A stretch of 64,000 nucleotides of DNA from Octopus vulgaris (taxonomy: Eukaryota), in contig OX597838.1 in assembly GCA_951406725.2 (NCBI GenBank), positions 44,144,001 through 44,208,000 on the forward strand, in the 5' to 3' direction. Of the stretch, positions 25,905 to 38,441 are shown in pieces. The position numbers and the translations under genes were made by a program. Numbering within the stretch: position 1 is the first letter of the stretch; each line of letters opens with the position of its first letter. A model generated the notes under the pieces. The model was given only the letters and a program-made list of their open reading frames with translations. It searched no databases and had not been told where the DNA came from.

Positions 25905-26094
25905 ACCGGGCGTTGTGTGTGTTTATTGAACGAAAACACCTTAAAGCTCCACGAGGCTCCGGCAGGGGTAGGTGGCGACCCCTTTCTCTCACTCTTTCTT
26001 CCTACTTCTTGAGTAACGCTGCGATGGACTGGCGTCACATCCAGCTTGGATGGGGGGACATACGCCATAGAAACCGGGAAAGCGGGCCCATGAG
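25905..26094 (+). mobile_element. SINE family B fragment with V-domain-like segment
   Basis: CTGCGATGGACTGGCGTCACATCCAG..AGAAACCGGGAAAGCGGGCCCATGAG. Confidence 0.75.
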
Positions 26095-26140
26095 TTTATA
26101 AAATATGTACATGATATAAGAGACTACAGTATATCATATA

Positions 26141-26668
26141 TCTATATATATAAAACTGTAGTTGTATGAGTGTCTGTCTCCTACGATTTAGATTCCTAAC
26201 TCCTCCCACATTTTGCGGTGCAGTTTAACCAAATTCGGGTATCTTATAGTCGTGATTAATATCAAGCCTGTCTGGCTATTAGCGCGCGTCTACGATGAGT
26301 CTACGATGAGTCTACGATTTAAAAAATAATTTAACATCATTTTTTATTCCATTTTAATGCACAATTTTTCGTGTGTCGATGGCGGCGGAGTTGGCGTCCA
26401 TGCTCAAACACCTGCACCTGTGTTTGCTTCTCCCCCTTCTTCCCTCCCTCGTGAAGCTGTGGGGAAGGGAGTGTAAGGAAATCAACGTCGTAATGCGTTG
26501 TCAAGGAGACCAGCGTTCTTTTAGAACAACGACTTCATGGCTTCAAGACACCAAAACAGAAATGGCTAAGAAAGCCCGAATTGGCATATATAAAGGAAGT
26601 AACTCTCTAAAAATGCTTATATAGTTATTTCCCTTACAAACCCGAGCAACGCCGGGCGATACTGCTAG
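26141..26668 (+). mobile_element. Non-autonomous Helitron, copy 1
   Basis: A|TC 5' end; CCCGAGCAACGCCGGG hairpin followed by CTAG|T 3' end; no TSD. Confidence 0.88.
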
Positions 26669-26671
26669 TAA

Positions 26672-27184
26672 TCTATATATATAAAACTGTAGTTGTGTGA
26701 GTGTCTGTCCCCTTCAATTTAGATTCCTAACTACTCCCACATTTTGCGGTGCAGTTTAACCAAAACCGGGTATCTTATAGTCGTGATTCATATCGAGCCC
26801 GTCTGTGTATTAGCGCGCGTCTACGATGAGTCTACGATTTTAAAAATAATTTAACATAATTTTTTATTCCATTTTAATGCATAATTTTTCGTGTGTCGAT
26901 GGCGGCGGAGTTGGCGTCCACGCTCACACCTGCACCTGTTTGCTTCTCCCTCTTCTTCCCTCCCTCGTGAAGCTGTGGGGAAGGGAGTGTAAGGAAATCA
27001 ACGTCGTAAAGCGTTGTCAAGGAGACCAGCGTTCTTTTAGAACAACGACTTCATGGCTTGAAGACACTAAAACAGAAATGGCTAAGAAGGCCCGAATTGG
27101 CATCTATAAGGGAAGTAACTCTCTAAAAATGCTTATATAGTTATTTCCCTTACAAACCCGAGCAACGCCGGGCGATACTGCTAG
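26672..27184 (+). mobile_element. Non-autonomous Helitron, copy 2
   Basis: Near-identical to copy 1 with the same termini; 3-bp TAA spacer between copies. Confidence 0.88.
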
Positions 27185-27344
27185 TGTAATATAATATAAT
27201 ACACACATTGTACATTATCTCTTTCTGTCGCTAATACTTCCTGTCTGTATCTACGTTTGTGTGTTCGTGTGTGTGTCCGTGCGCGCGCACGCATGTTTGA
27301 GTTCCTGTGCATGTGTGTTTTATATACGCGTTTATGAATATATA

Positions 27345-27625
27345 GTGGAGGCACATAGACTAGTGGTTCGAGCAGCGGACTCGCGGTCGAAGGATCGCGG
27401 GTTCGAATCTCAGACTGGGTGTTTATGAACGAAACACCTAAGCTCCACGCAGCTCCGGCAGAAGGTAATGGCGAACTTCTGCTGACTCTTTCGCCACAAC
27501 TTTCTCTCACTCTTTCCTCCTGCATCTTGCAGCTCACCTGCGACGGACCGGCGGGGAACCTATACGCCAAGGAACCGGGAAACCGGCCCTAATGAGCCAG
27601 GCGTGGCTCGAGAAGGAACAAACAA
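27345..27625 (+). mobile_element. SINE family B, near full length
   Basis: A box TAGTGG, B box GGTTCGAATCTC, tail GGCTCGAGAAGGAACAAAC. Confidence 0.88.
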
Positions 27626-27637
27626 TATGAATATATA

Positions 27638-27853
27638 GTGGTTTCAAATTTTGAAACACGGTCAGCAGATTCGGGTGACGGAGCAAGTCGATTACATCGA
27701 CTCCAGTACTAACCTGGTATATATTTTATCGACCCAGACAGGATGAAAGGCGAAATCGACCTGAGCGGAATTTGAACTCAGAATGTAAAGACGGACGAAA
27801 TGGCGTCGAACATTTTTGCCCGGCGTGCTAACGAGTCTGCCAGCCCGCTGCCT
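27638..27853 (-). mobile_element. SINE family C
   Basis: Reverse complement of the GGTCGA(C/T)TTTGCCTTTCATCC..GGGTCGATAAA central domain. Confidence 0.75.
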
Positions 27854-28122
27854 TATTATGAATGTATACTCATGTTAAATTGGAGGAGTTGTTACACTAT
27901 TAGACATGCTGCTTTACCCTCTTCTCTTCCGACTCTCGGCGTTATGATTTCAAATATTCAACTAATTCAACTCTTCTTTTCAACGTTTAGTTATCCGTAA
28001 ATATCATGCTATTTCATTACTAGGACGGGTATTGCCATTCTCTTCCGTTTTGTTTGTCTGTCTATCATTCCTATCTTTCTCTTTCTCTCTGCCTCTCTTT
28101 ATCTCTCTCTCCACCCACCCCA

Positions 28123-28154
<32 letters not shown>

Positions 28155-28430
28155 CTCGCTTTCTTGTAGAAACGGAGCATGGTCAGATCTTGAGAATTAT
28201 AAAAGTGCTCAATATACGTCGTGCATCACGCGGGACGTGACACTTCATTCCGTTTCGAAGGAAAATGTTGACATTGGCATTAGTCTGACAAAGGAGCCGA
28301 AACCGAAAGTTGAAATCACAGTCAACGTTTTCCGTGAATAATTGGAATACATACTTTACTCCTAATTAAGGGTAGAGTTTACTATGATTGGCTGCTCATA
28401 CACACACACGTATTATATATGTATGTATAA

Positions 28431-28499
<69 letters not shown>

Positions 28500-28845
28500 T
28501 GTGTGTATGTGTGTCTGTGTGTGTGTATGTATGTATGTATGTATGTATATATGTAAAAGCGCAATTATTAGTATATATGTATATAGTATGTATGAGTACA
28601 TTTGTATAAATTATAGCTGGGAAGAATAAAGTGTCTACAGTGAATATGAATTACTTCGCATTCCTTTGATCCCGTGGCAGAACACTTGCCATGTCTAATA
28701 GAGACGTAACTTTGAGTCTCACGTTCAGCTTTTGATTCTTTAAAAAATTATATCCAAATTATATCAACTCGATATTTACATGCAATTATTTATGCGTTTT
28801 CCCTCCATGTCTACAAGTTCTTATGCCGTCAATAATATATGAGTG

Positions 28846-28884
<39 letters not shown>

Positions 28885-28885
<1 letters not shown>

Positions 28886-29277
28886 GATTTCACATTTTAG
28901 CACAAGACTAAGAATTGCATCCACCCCAGTGCTCAATTGGTCCCTATTCTATCGTTCCCGAAAGGATGAAACGTAAAGTCGACCCCGGCGGCATTTGAAC
29001 TCAGAACGCAAAGACGGACGAAATGCCGCAAAGAACTCTTTTTTCGGCGTGGTAACAATTCTGCCAACTCGTTGTCTTCCTTGTGCGTATATATTGGCAA
29101 GAGAACAGCAATTTCAGGGAAAGGGAAGAATGGATTTTATTGAGCCAAGTACTAAACTTGTACTTGTTTTATCGACTCCGAAAGGGTGAAAGGCAAAGTC
29201 GACTTCAGCTGAATTCGAACTCAGGACGACGAAATACTGCTAAGCGTTTCACCCGGTGTACTAACGAGTCTGCAAGT
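28885..29277 (-). mobile_element. Two adjacent SINE family C copies (28885-29068 and 29093-29277)
   Basis: Each has the GAAAGG(A/G)TGAAA..AAAGTCGAC..GAACTCAG reverse motif. Confidence 0.7.
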
Positions 29278-29742
29278 TCACTGTTTTCTGTGTGCGCGCC
29301 TATGTGTGTGTGCATGTATATCAACCCAATCGTGTTTATTTTAATACCTTATTCGCACTTATTTTATTCCTGTCTGCTAATTACTCCTTTTGCTTGGAAC
29401 AATAGCGTTTCGAAGTCAATTTCAAACCTCCAAGAACTTCGCTTCCTTGTCTTACGAACGAAACGGTGTGACTCACACGATGCTATCACGCTTTTGCTGA
29501 CGAGCAACAAAAGATTGTGGAAATGATGTAGTGCAAAACAAAATCGTCAAAGCTGCATTTTAAATTGTTTTTCTTCAAACTCCAAATTGCTTTGTCACAC
29601 AATTTCCCGTATTCTGTACATATCTTGAATTTTTGGTTTGTATTACGCTTTTAATAAAACTTCTGTATGTAATATCGTACATTCTTTGCGGTGTTTTGCA
29701 TCACCAATGAGGAAATACGCAGTGAATATTAACTCAATTTAA

Positions 29743-30146
29743 GGCAGAAACGTCAGCACGCCGGGTAAAATGCGTAGCAGTATTTCCTTTGAGTGCAAAT
29801 TCCGCCGAGGTCGACTTTGCCTTTCATCCTTTCGGGGTCGATAAATAAAGTACCAGTTACGCACTTGGGTCAGTCTAATCGACTAAATCCCTTTGTCTGT
29901 CCTTGTTTGTTCCCTCTATGTTTAGCCCCTTGTGGGCAATAAAGAAATAAGAATAATTAGCACGCCGGGAAAAATGCGTATCGGCGTTTCGTCCGTCTTT
30001 TCCTCCTGTGTTCAAATTCTTCCAAGGTTGATTTTTGCCTTTCATCATTTCGGGGTCGATAGAATAAGTAGCGATTGAACACTGGGGCCGATGTGATCAG
30101 CTAATCCCCTTCCACAAAATTGCTGGACATGTACCAAAATTTGAAA
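29743..30146 (+). mobile_element. Two adjacent SINE family C copies (29743-29950 and 29957-30146)
   Basis: GCCGAGGTCGACTTTGCCTTTCATCCTTTCGGGGTCGATAAA domain; different tails. Confidence 0.8.
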
Positions 30147-30458
30147 TAAAAACTTCGATGGAATTAAGCAATTACCAATCTTGAAATAACGCAGACAATG
30201 TTATCATTTACAGTAACATTCCCAACTTGGCTACGACAAAACAATAAAACACGTGACACTCGTACAGCTTTCTTAATACAAAAGATGTAAATGATATCTT
30301 AAAATAAACCGAACATTTAATTATTTAAATTATTTAATATTTAAATTTCAGTATCTGTCTCTAGATTACGCGTTACCTACACAAACCAAATGTAAATAAT
30401 AACTGAATTTGCCTATGATTAAAAAGCCCTTACTTCAAACATTTGCATAGTTGTATCC

Positions 30459-30553
<95 letters not shown>

Positions 30554-30604
30554 AATTGTCTGTCTGTATCTACCCATTTATATATATATATATATATATA
30601 TATA

Positions 30605-31139
30605 CAACAATTGCAGCGTGGAAGATGTTTATAAGCCGTTAGATTCACTTCAACATATAAATTTAATTTGACAAATTTAATTTAATTTGCTGCACGAAGT
30701 TTTGTCAGTGAACAGTTCGAGGTCTCAAAGCGACGAAAATATTTTGACAAATCAAAGGCGGCGAGCTGGCAGAATCGTTAGCACGCTGGGTGAAATGCTT
30801 AGCAGTATTTCGTCTGCCGCTACGTTCTGAGTTCAAATTTCGCCGAGGTCGACTTTGCCTTCCATCCTTTCGGGGTCGATAAATTAAGTACAAGTGACGC
30901 ACTGGGGTCGATGTAACCGACCTAATCCGTTTGTCTGTCCTTGTTTGTCCCTTCTATGTTTAGCCCCTTGTGGGTAATAAAGAAACAAATCTTTTGACAA
31001 ATTGAATTTAAATATTGAAGTGAATCTAACGGTTTTTGTGTGTTTCTTAAATGGCTTATAAATACCTTCCACGCTGCAATTGATTTCGTTCCAGCACACG
31101 ATCTCAGATCAAGTCACTCGCTATGCAAGTACATCTCCG

Positions 31140-31141
<2 letters not shown>
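30605..31141. mobile_element. P2 Penelope-like repeat (inverted stub plus forward copy) split by SINE C
   Basis: Homologous to 5656-5990; GCGACGAAAAT motif at 30730. Confidence 0.7.
30753..30991 (+). mobile_element. SINE family C, full length, with 11-bp TSD
   Basis: TTTTGACAAAT at 30742-30752 and 30992-31002. Confidence 0.9.
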
Positions 31142-31187
<46 letters not shown>

Positions 31188-31896
31188 CTCTTGTCTTATG
31201 ACTGACAAGGGACGCAAGCTCCATATGTGATTTGTAGTACACCTAGTCACTTTAGTGATGTGTATAGTTCTGCTTTTCGGCCGTAAATTGTGAATAAGTC
31301 ACCTATATAATATGATATAATATAATATAATATAATATATATATATATATTGCAACAAGTTGCTCAAAACCACATACCGAAAATGCTAGAAATGGCAGCC
31401 AGATAGGTCACCATTTCCCTACTATTGCTTTGACAAGGAAATGAACCTCTGGTTCTCATCCAGAAACGAATTTTCGTCTGTACTTAATCCAAAAGGAGGT
31501 TGTTGCACTGATAGCAGCCAAGGTTTTTTATTAGCAAAACTAGTCTCCCCTGGACACTCGTTCGTCGATTTCTCCTTGGACTGTTGATTCTCTTTTATAG
31601 AACATCATCATGTAGGTATTGACTGAGGATTCACTGATCTGCTCTGTATCAATGTTGCTATTGCTCGTGGTTCGGTTCTGTTTCTAACATAATACCTGAT
31701 CTGCAGCTACAATGAATATCTTTCCCTTCGACCCGACCACAGACTTTCTTCACTCATTCAAACTATTCTTTACAAAACCATATTTTTTCCACATCCGTAT
31801 CACTCTCCAAACATTAAACCAATTCCTACACCATGTTCTTTGCATCAAAACGGTTGTCTTCTGCGATTCCTTGCCAGCCCATATTTTCTCACACAT

Positions 31897-32120
31897 CGCG
31901 CAGCTGGCGAGCTGTCAGAATCGGTAGCAAACCGGTCAAAAAATGCTTAACGGCATTTCGTCCCTCTTTACTTTCTGATTTCAAATTTCTTCTGGGGTCG
32001 ACTTTGCCTTTCAACCTTTTCATATCGATAAAATAAGTGCCAGTTGAGCAGTGGAGTCGATGTAATAGACTAACCCTCTCCCTCAATATTTCAGGCCTTA
32101 TGATTATCGTAGAAAAGATT
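31897..32120 (+). mobile_element. SINE family C, diverged
   Basis: GGCGAGCTG..GGGGTCGACTTTGCCTTTC..TCGATAAAATAAGT. Confidence 0.7.
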
Positions 32121-32697
32121 ATTTCGCAGCTACACAACAAAAACCTTAGCCGTGTAGATCACAACGCTCATAGTAAACTAGCAAAGCCTTTTACACAGCC
32201 GCATCCCTTTGATCAAACCATCCGAAAGCCCACACTTGCTAAATCTAAACGTTGTTTTATAATAACACTTTATTTTCCAATACAAAATTTTTATCCTGTT
32301 CTTATATTTGAAATCAATAATCTCTTATCACATTCGATAATGTATATCTAACTTACATTATAAGTCAAAACTAATAACTAATTGATCACGACAGGTAACT
32401 CTTTGATGGTCGGCTTACATAATCAATATTCCATTATATATGCATAATCGCCAATATTCTATTATGTATCTGTAAACATATTTCGTATTGCTGTTAAGTT
32501 ACTTTCATGTAAAAATTTAAATTAACGAGTGCATACTGCCAGAATACACTACAACGATTTGCTTTTTCCCCAGTGTCTCTTTTGGTTAACAAGTCTTGTA
32601 ATATGCTCTTTGATTGAGGGTTAGACCGGTGCTTTATAGAAGCTTGGAGTGGAAAAAGATGACTCGGAGAGATTTCAGCTCAGAACATCGGAAGAAA

Positions 32698-32974
32698 TAC
32701 AGTTCTCTATTTAAGAGATGAGGAATTATGTACATTATTTACATTATTTACATTTGACGGATATTTGTCCTCATCTTGTTTGCTGTTAACACAACATTTC
32801 GGCTTATATACCCTCCAACTTTCATCAGGTGTCTTTGGGGAATTTCGAACCTGAGTTCTCATTCCTAAGGTATGAGAAGGACTACGCCATATTCCCGTAG
32901 GCATATGGCGTAGTGGTTAAGAGCTCGGGCTACTAACCCCAAGATTCCGAGTTCGATTCCAAGCAGTGACCTGA
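32698..32974. mobile_element. P1 composite element: inverted hammerhead-bearing body plus tRNA-like head
   Basis: 32698-32872 is the reverse complement of 3722-3905 with GACAC-CTGATGA..GAAAT-GTT-GTGTT; hairpin ACTACGCCATAT/ATATGGCGTAGT; A and B boxes; then (TAA)n. Confidence 0.75.
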
Positions 32975-32980
32975 ATAATG

Positions 32981-33043
<63 letters not shown>

Positions 33044-33074
33044 GTAATAATGATAATAATAATGACAATAATTA

Positions 33075-34071
33075 TAAACAGAGCTGAATGCGAGAAACAG
33101 GATCGGAGCGATCAATGCTTTAGCCATACCAGTCGTGACTTACAGTTTCAATATCGCTAACTGGTCAATTACTGAAATATGTAATCGTGACAGAAAAATA
33201 CGAAAACTGTTGACAATGCATAAAATGCACCACCCTAAGGCAGATATAGAACGACTTTATCTACCAAGAAAAGAGGGAGGCCGTGAGCTTTTACAACTGG
33301 CAATAACAATGAAGATTGCTACCTGAAAATCTCTGAGGACTGGAGGTTAAAACTTGTCTCAAGTTGCAGTCTTCTAGCGCCTACAGAGTATCTCAACAGG
33401 TATGATAGAGCTGCACAATATATTCACTGGATAATTTTCAAAAACCTGGACTTGCCCCATGATAAAAATTGGTGGGAACACAAACCACCTCCAGTGCTTG
33501 AAAATGACCACATCTCACTCCTCTGGAACTTCACCATTCAAACTGACAGAAAGATTGATGCAAATAGGCCAGACATCATATTGAAAGACTTCAGACAAAG
33601 AACATGCCTCCTCATTGATATGACTGTCCCAATCGATATAAACGTATCTGTCAAGACCTACCAAAAACTGAGCAAATATAAAGATCTTGAAATAGAAATC
33701 AGCAAAATGTGGAACCTGAAGACTAAAACAATACCTGTTGTCATAGGTGCCCTGTGAATGATAGCAAAAGGGGCTGATTGCTACCTAACTCAGATACCAG
33801 GAAACCCAAAAATGGCAGAAATTCAAAAGATAGTGCTCATGGGAACTGCTCATATCCTACGCAAAATACTTTCTATGTAATCTCAAGTTTTAAAACAAAC
33901 ATAATTTTCGTATAGTTTTTTAGATATTCACTAGTACAACACTAAGTACAAAACCAAATATATGGCACCCTAAGCATAACACCAACATGAACTTCCAGCT
34001 TGTTGTCTCTTGAGGTTTCTGGGTGAGACTTGGAGCCAGCTTGTGCAAATGTAAAGCAAAAGTCAAACATA

Positions 34072-34072
<1 letters not shown>
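33075..34072 (+). mobile_element. R4/Dong LINE of the same family as 2437-3663, internally deleted
   Basis: HHPKADIERLYLPRKEGGR; RLE region and 3' end nearly identical to copy 1; flanked by (TAA)n. Confidence 0.92.
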
Positions 34073-34152
<80 letters not shown>

Positions 34153-34259
34153 GCTTTCATACTGTAAAGTCATTCTGTAACATCACTTGTCCTTCACTTG
34201 CTCTAGGACGTTGGGTGTGTGTCGGCAAATGATTGTAACAAGCATGCAGATTAAATGTA

Positions 34260-34312
<53 letters not shown>

Positions 34313-34624
34313 CAATAATAATAATAATAATAATAATATTTGTTTTGTCTTGGTATAAAAGATGGGCTACAGCAAATTTTCTGCTCAATACTACGGATTT
34401 GCTTAAACATATCAAAGGGAAATGGAAAATGAATTAAAATTTTCAACTCCAGTGGCCCAACGTGTAAAAATTTAGTCCCAAAAGATTATGAATTAGTCAT
34501 ACTATATAGTGTACATTTAAGCACATTAGGAATCCACTCGTGGAATTCAACACGCTAGAAAAAACAGCTAGGTTCTATAACCACAAAAATTGGGATAAAT
34601 TTCGACAGGAACGAAATAAAAATA

Positions 34625-34974
34625 AAAACATTTTACCAACAAGTTTCCTGGACCAATTGGTTTCTGATTTTAGTTTAGCAAGCAAATAACATTTGCTCAC
34701 GAGGCGAAATCGTCCTCAACAGGTACACCTTGGGTAAAATATATAAAAAACAACAAGCTTTTCGGATAATTTTTGATTTTAAAAGTTGGCGCTTTTTTTT
34801 TTGCCGGCGAAGGGATATATAAACGGGTGGCATATAGTTTGATTGCCTCGTTGTTTATATATTTAACCCAAGGTGTACCTGTTGAGGACGATTTCGCCTC
34901 GTGAGCAAATTTTATTTGCTTGCTAAACTAAAATCAGAAACCAATTGGTCCAGGAAACTTGATGGTAAAATGTT

Positions 34975-34977
<3 letters not shown>
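34625..34977. repeat. Near-perfect ~125-bp inverted repeat (34625-34750 and 34849-34977)
   Basis: Arms are reverse complements; contain CTGTTGA...GAAACCAATTGGTC. Confidence 0.85.
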
Positions 34978-35019
<42 letters not shown>

Positions 35020-35139
35020 TTCTTCTTCTTCTTCTTCTTCTTCTTCTTCTTTTTCTTTTTCTTCTTCTTCTCCTTCTTCTTCTTCTTCTTCTTCTTCTTC
35101 TTCTTCTTCTTCTTCTTCTTCTTCTTCTTCTTCTTCTTC

Positions 35140-35608
35140 CAATCAGGAGTCACGCCATTAGCCACAAAGAATAATCTCTAATTGGAGCCTACTCTAAGCT
35201 ACTAGGAATGCGTGTGGGAACTTGAAGATCCACCCACCACACGCGGTAGACTGGCGGTTGCACGGGTGCGAAAGCTACGTTGTTATCCTCATTACGTAAA
35301 CGGTGACTTTTCATGGGGGGAGAGCTGAACCATCCTGGGGTACAGAGGATTCGCAATCAAGACAAGGGTCTGAAAGTTTTACCACACCTTAGTAGGTTAC
35401 ACCATGGTTCCTCTGCTTTGTGGCACAAGTAGGAAGGAAGAGAGGGAAAGTTGTGGTGAAAGAGTACAGCCGGGTTCACCACCCACCCCAGCCGGTGCCT
35501 CGTGGAGCTTCGGTGTTTTTTCTCAGTATACACTCACAATGCCCGGTCTGGAAATCGAAACCGATTCTTACAACCGCGAGTCTGCTGCCCTAACCACTGG
35601 GCCATTGA
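35140..35608 (-). mobile_element. SINE family B head with a different body and (GAA)n tail
   Basis: 35430-35608 matches the family B head in reverse; 35140-35430 is unique and abuts (CTT)n at 34976-35139. Confidence 0.6.
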
Positions 35609-36028
35609 CCCTCACTGTCGCTGTTGCTGCTGCTGCAGTTGCTGCTGCTGTAGCTGCTGCTGCTGTATGTGTTTCGTTTCCTTACCACGTCATTTAATGG
35701 GGGGGAAAGCAATATCATGGTGGCTGTTCCAACAGATTTCACCTTCCTCAAAGATGAGAAGCCATACTGAAATTTTTATTTTAAAACATATAATTTACAG
35801 GTTAAACACTCAAAATTCGCCCAAAATGGCTGATTCTCGCCAGACCAACTCGCCCCGCTTGCAGAGAGTCTTGTTATCCAGTTAACAATTCAACAAAATT
35901 TGGAAATCTAATAAAATAACAAATTTGAAAGAAACCTTATGAACCACGAACAAGCGCCCTCTTGGTCCAGATACAAATAATTATAATGATGATAATGATG
36001 ATCATAATAATAACAACAATACTAAAAC

Positions 36029-36067
<39 letters not shown>

Positions 36068-36082
36068 CAACAATACTAAAAC

Positions 36083-36148
<66 letters not shown>

Positions 36149-36954
36149 TAATAATAATAATGATAATAATAATAATAATGATAATAATAATAATAATGGC
36201 ATAACTTGAGTATTAATAAAAAAAACTGTTATGCAAATATTTCTGTAGCAGAGGTTTTCTGCTAAAAATATTAAATGTATTTTATGAGATTTCCTCCGTT
36301 AATATTTTAATGTATTTTAACACACACACACACACACACACGGGCACACACACATATGCATACATATATATCCGTTATTGACAGAATAAAAGATAAAGTA
36401 ATAAAAAAAGCCGTATTGACTTTGGTAAGGCATTAAAATGATTTCCTAACATCTAGTTTCAAATGTGATATAGGAAGTACAAGAAGACCACTTATATCGA
36501 CTCATTTATGATATATGAAATAATCAATTTGAAAGAGAATAGAGAAAGTAGGTTTTAGAAAATGTTATATAAGTCTGCTGTGTATAATTTGTATCAAACA
36601 GACACCACGTATGAATGGAAACTATTTGTAATATATCTGCCTATCTATCTATTTTCCCTTCATCCCACCCTATTAACAGTGCTCATGCTTTCGCTTATGT
36701 TGAGCATGCATACATGCACACACACACACACATATATATATATACATACGTGCATACATACGTATATATATATATATGTATACAAAATAAGAAAATGGAG
36801 AAATACATCTAAATCAAATATCAATTACCAGATAATACTCAATCACATACTTTATTATACCACCACATAAGAAACTATAGGGTTAAACATAAAAAGTAGA
36901 GCAAAACAGTGTACAAAAAGGAGTATACATGCATTTACAACCCCTATCTCAATT

Positions 36955-36992
<38 letters not shown>

Positions 36993-37094
36993 TAGAAACG
37001 GTAAGATAACAAAAAGAAGAAAGAGACCTCAATATTATGTAAATAGAGGAAATTTATCTGTAAAATAATATGTGACAATTATTCAGTAGCCAAG

Positions 37095-37155
37095 ATAAAA
37101 CTCTGAGTTTCGGGTGCCGAGGTGGAAATCCACACCAACATCTCTTCGGTTATCT
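37095..37155 (-). ncRNA. Degenerate hammerhead-like motif in a Penelope-like repeat
   Basis: CCGAAGA-GATGTTGGTGTGG-ATTT-CCACCTCGGCACC-C-GAAAC-TCAGA-GTT; core U4 is replaced by C. Confidence 0.4.
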
Positions 37156-37173
37156 GACCATCTATATATATAC

Positions 37174-37210
<37 letters not shown>

Positions 37211-37221
37211 AATATATATAT

Positions 37222-37636
37222 ACTCTTTTACTCTTTTACTTGTTTCAGTCATTTGAATGTGGCCATGCTGGAGCACCGCCTTTAGTCGAGCAAATCGACC
37301 CCAGGACTTATTCTTTGTAAGCCTAGTACTTACTCTATCGGTCTCTTTTGCCGAACCGCTAAGTTACGGGGACGTAAACACACCGGCATCGGTTGTCAAG
37401 CGATGTTGGGGGGACAAACACAGACGCACAAACATATACACACGCATACACACACACACACACATACACACATATATATATATACATATATACGACGGGA
37501 TTCTTTCAGTTTCCGTCTACCAAATCCACTCACAAGGCTTTGGTCGGCCCGAGGCTATAGTAAAAGACACTTGCCCAAGGTGCCACGAAGTGGGACTGAA
37601 CCCGGAACCATGTGGTTGGTAAGCAAGCTACTTACC
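37222..37636 (-). mobile_element. SINE family A, full length
   Basis: Reverse complement of the consensus including A/B boxes and (GTAAAAGA)n tail. Confidence 0.9.
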
Positions 37637-37637
37637 A

Positions 37638-37848
<211 letters not shown>

Positions 37849-37905
37849 TGAATGAGAAAAAGAAGAAAATGGGGAAACTGACAAGCAGACATCGGTTTAT
37901 TTAAA

Positions 37906-38082
37906 GATATTCAAATCCATATAATGAAATTCCAGTTCTGCAGCCGTTCCATATCCAATTGGTTCACGTGCAGAAATTTATTTTATTTTATTTAATTTAA
38001 TTAAATTTAATTTCTGTAATTGAACTAATTGGAGATGGAAACGGCGGTAGGACTGGTATTTCATTATATGGATTTTAAATAT
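37906..38082. repeat. Imperfect inverted repeat, Penelope-like
   Basis: AAATCCATATAATGAAAT..CCAATTGGTTCA pairs with TGAACTAATTGG..ATTTCATTATATGGATTT. Confidence 0.7.
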
Positions 38083-38441
38083 AAGAATTAACACTGAACT
38101 TTACAGGCATGGTTCGAAAAAAAAACAAACTAAGTGACTAAAGATTGCATCTTCTCTCTGCAAAATTGCAAGAATGAATGTCAGTTAACCTGGTATCATG
38201 ATTTCGAAACTTAGCGAAACTTCAACCAAGTTTACTCATAACAATACCTATATTTCAATGCCTGTGTTCGTTTCAAGGCCCCGGGCGCATTGAGACAACG
38301 AACTAAGTGAATTACTGTATAAATACATAAATATACAAATATATAAAGAATATTATCACTCATGAGAGATAACAATGTTGGTGGCCGCATGCTTGAAACC
38401 TTATAGGCAAAGTTAATATGTATATATAAGAATTATATATA

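Noticed and set aside
26373-27140. Duplicated 83/87-aa ORFs as a gene pair
   Set aside because: They lie inside non-autonomous Helitron copies, start differently, and have no recognisable domain
28169-28341. Possible terminal exon after a pyrimidine tract
   Set aside because: The tract is a (CT)n microsatellite and the peptide is not recognisable
32899-32974. Functional tRNA gene (also all SINE heads)
   Set aside because: No proper acceptor stem; continues directly into repeat bodies
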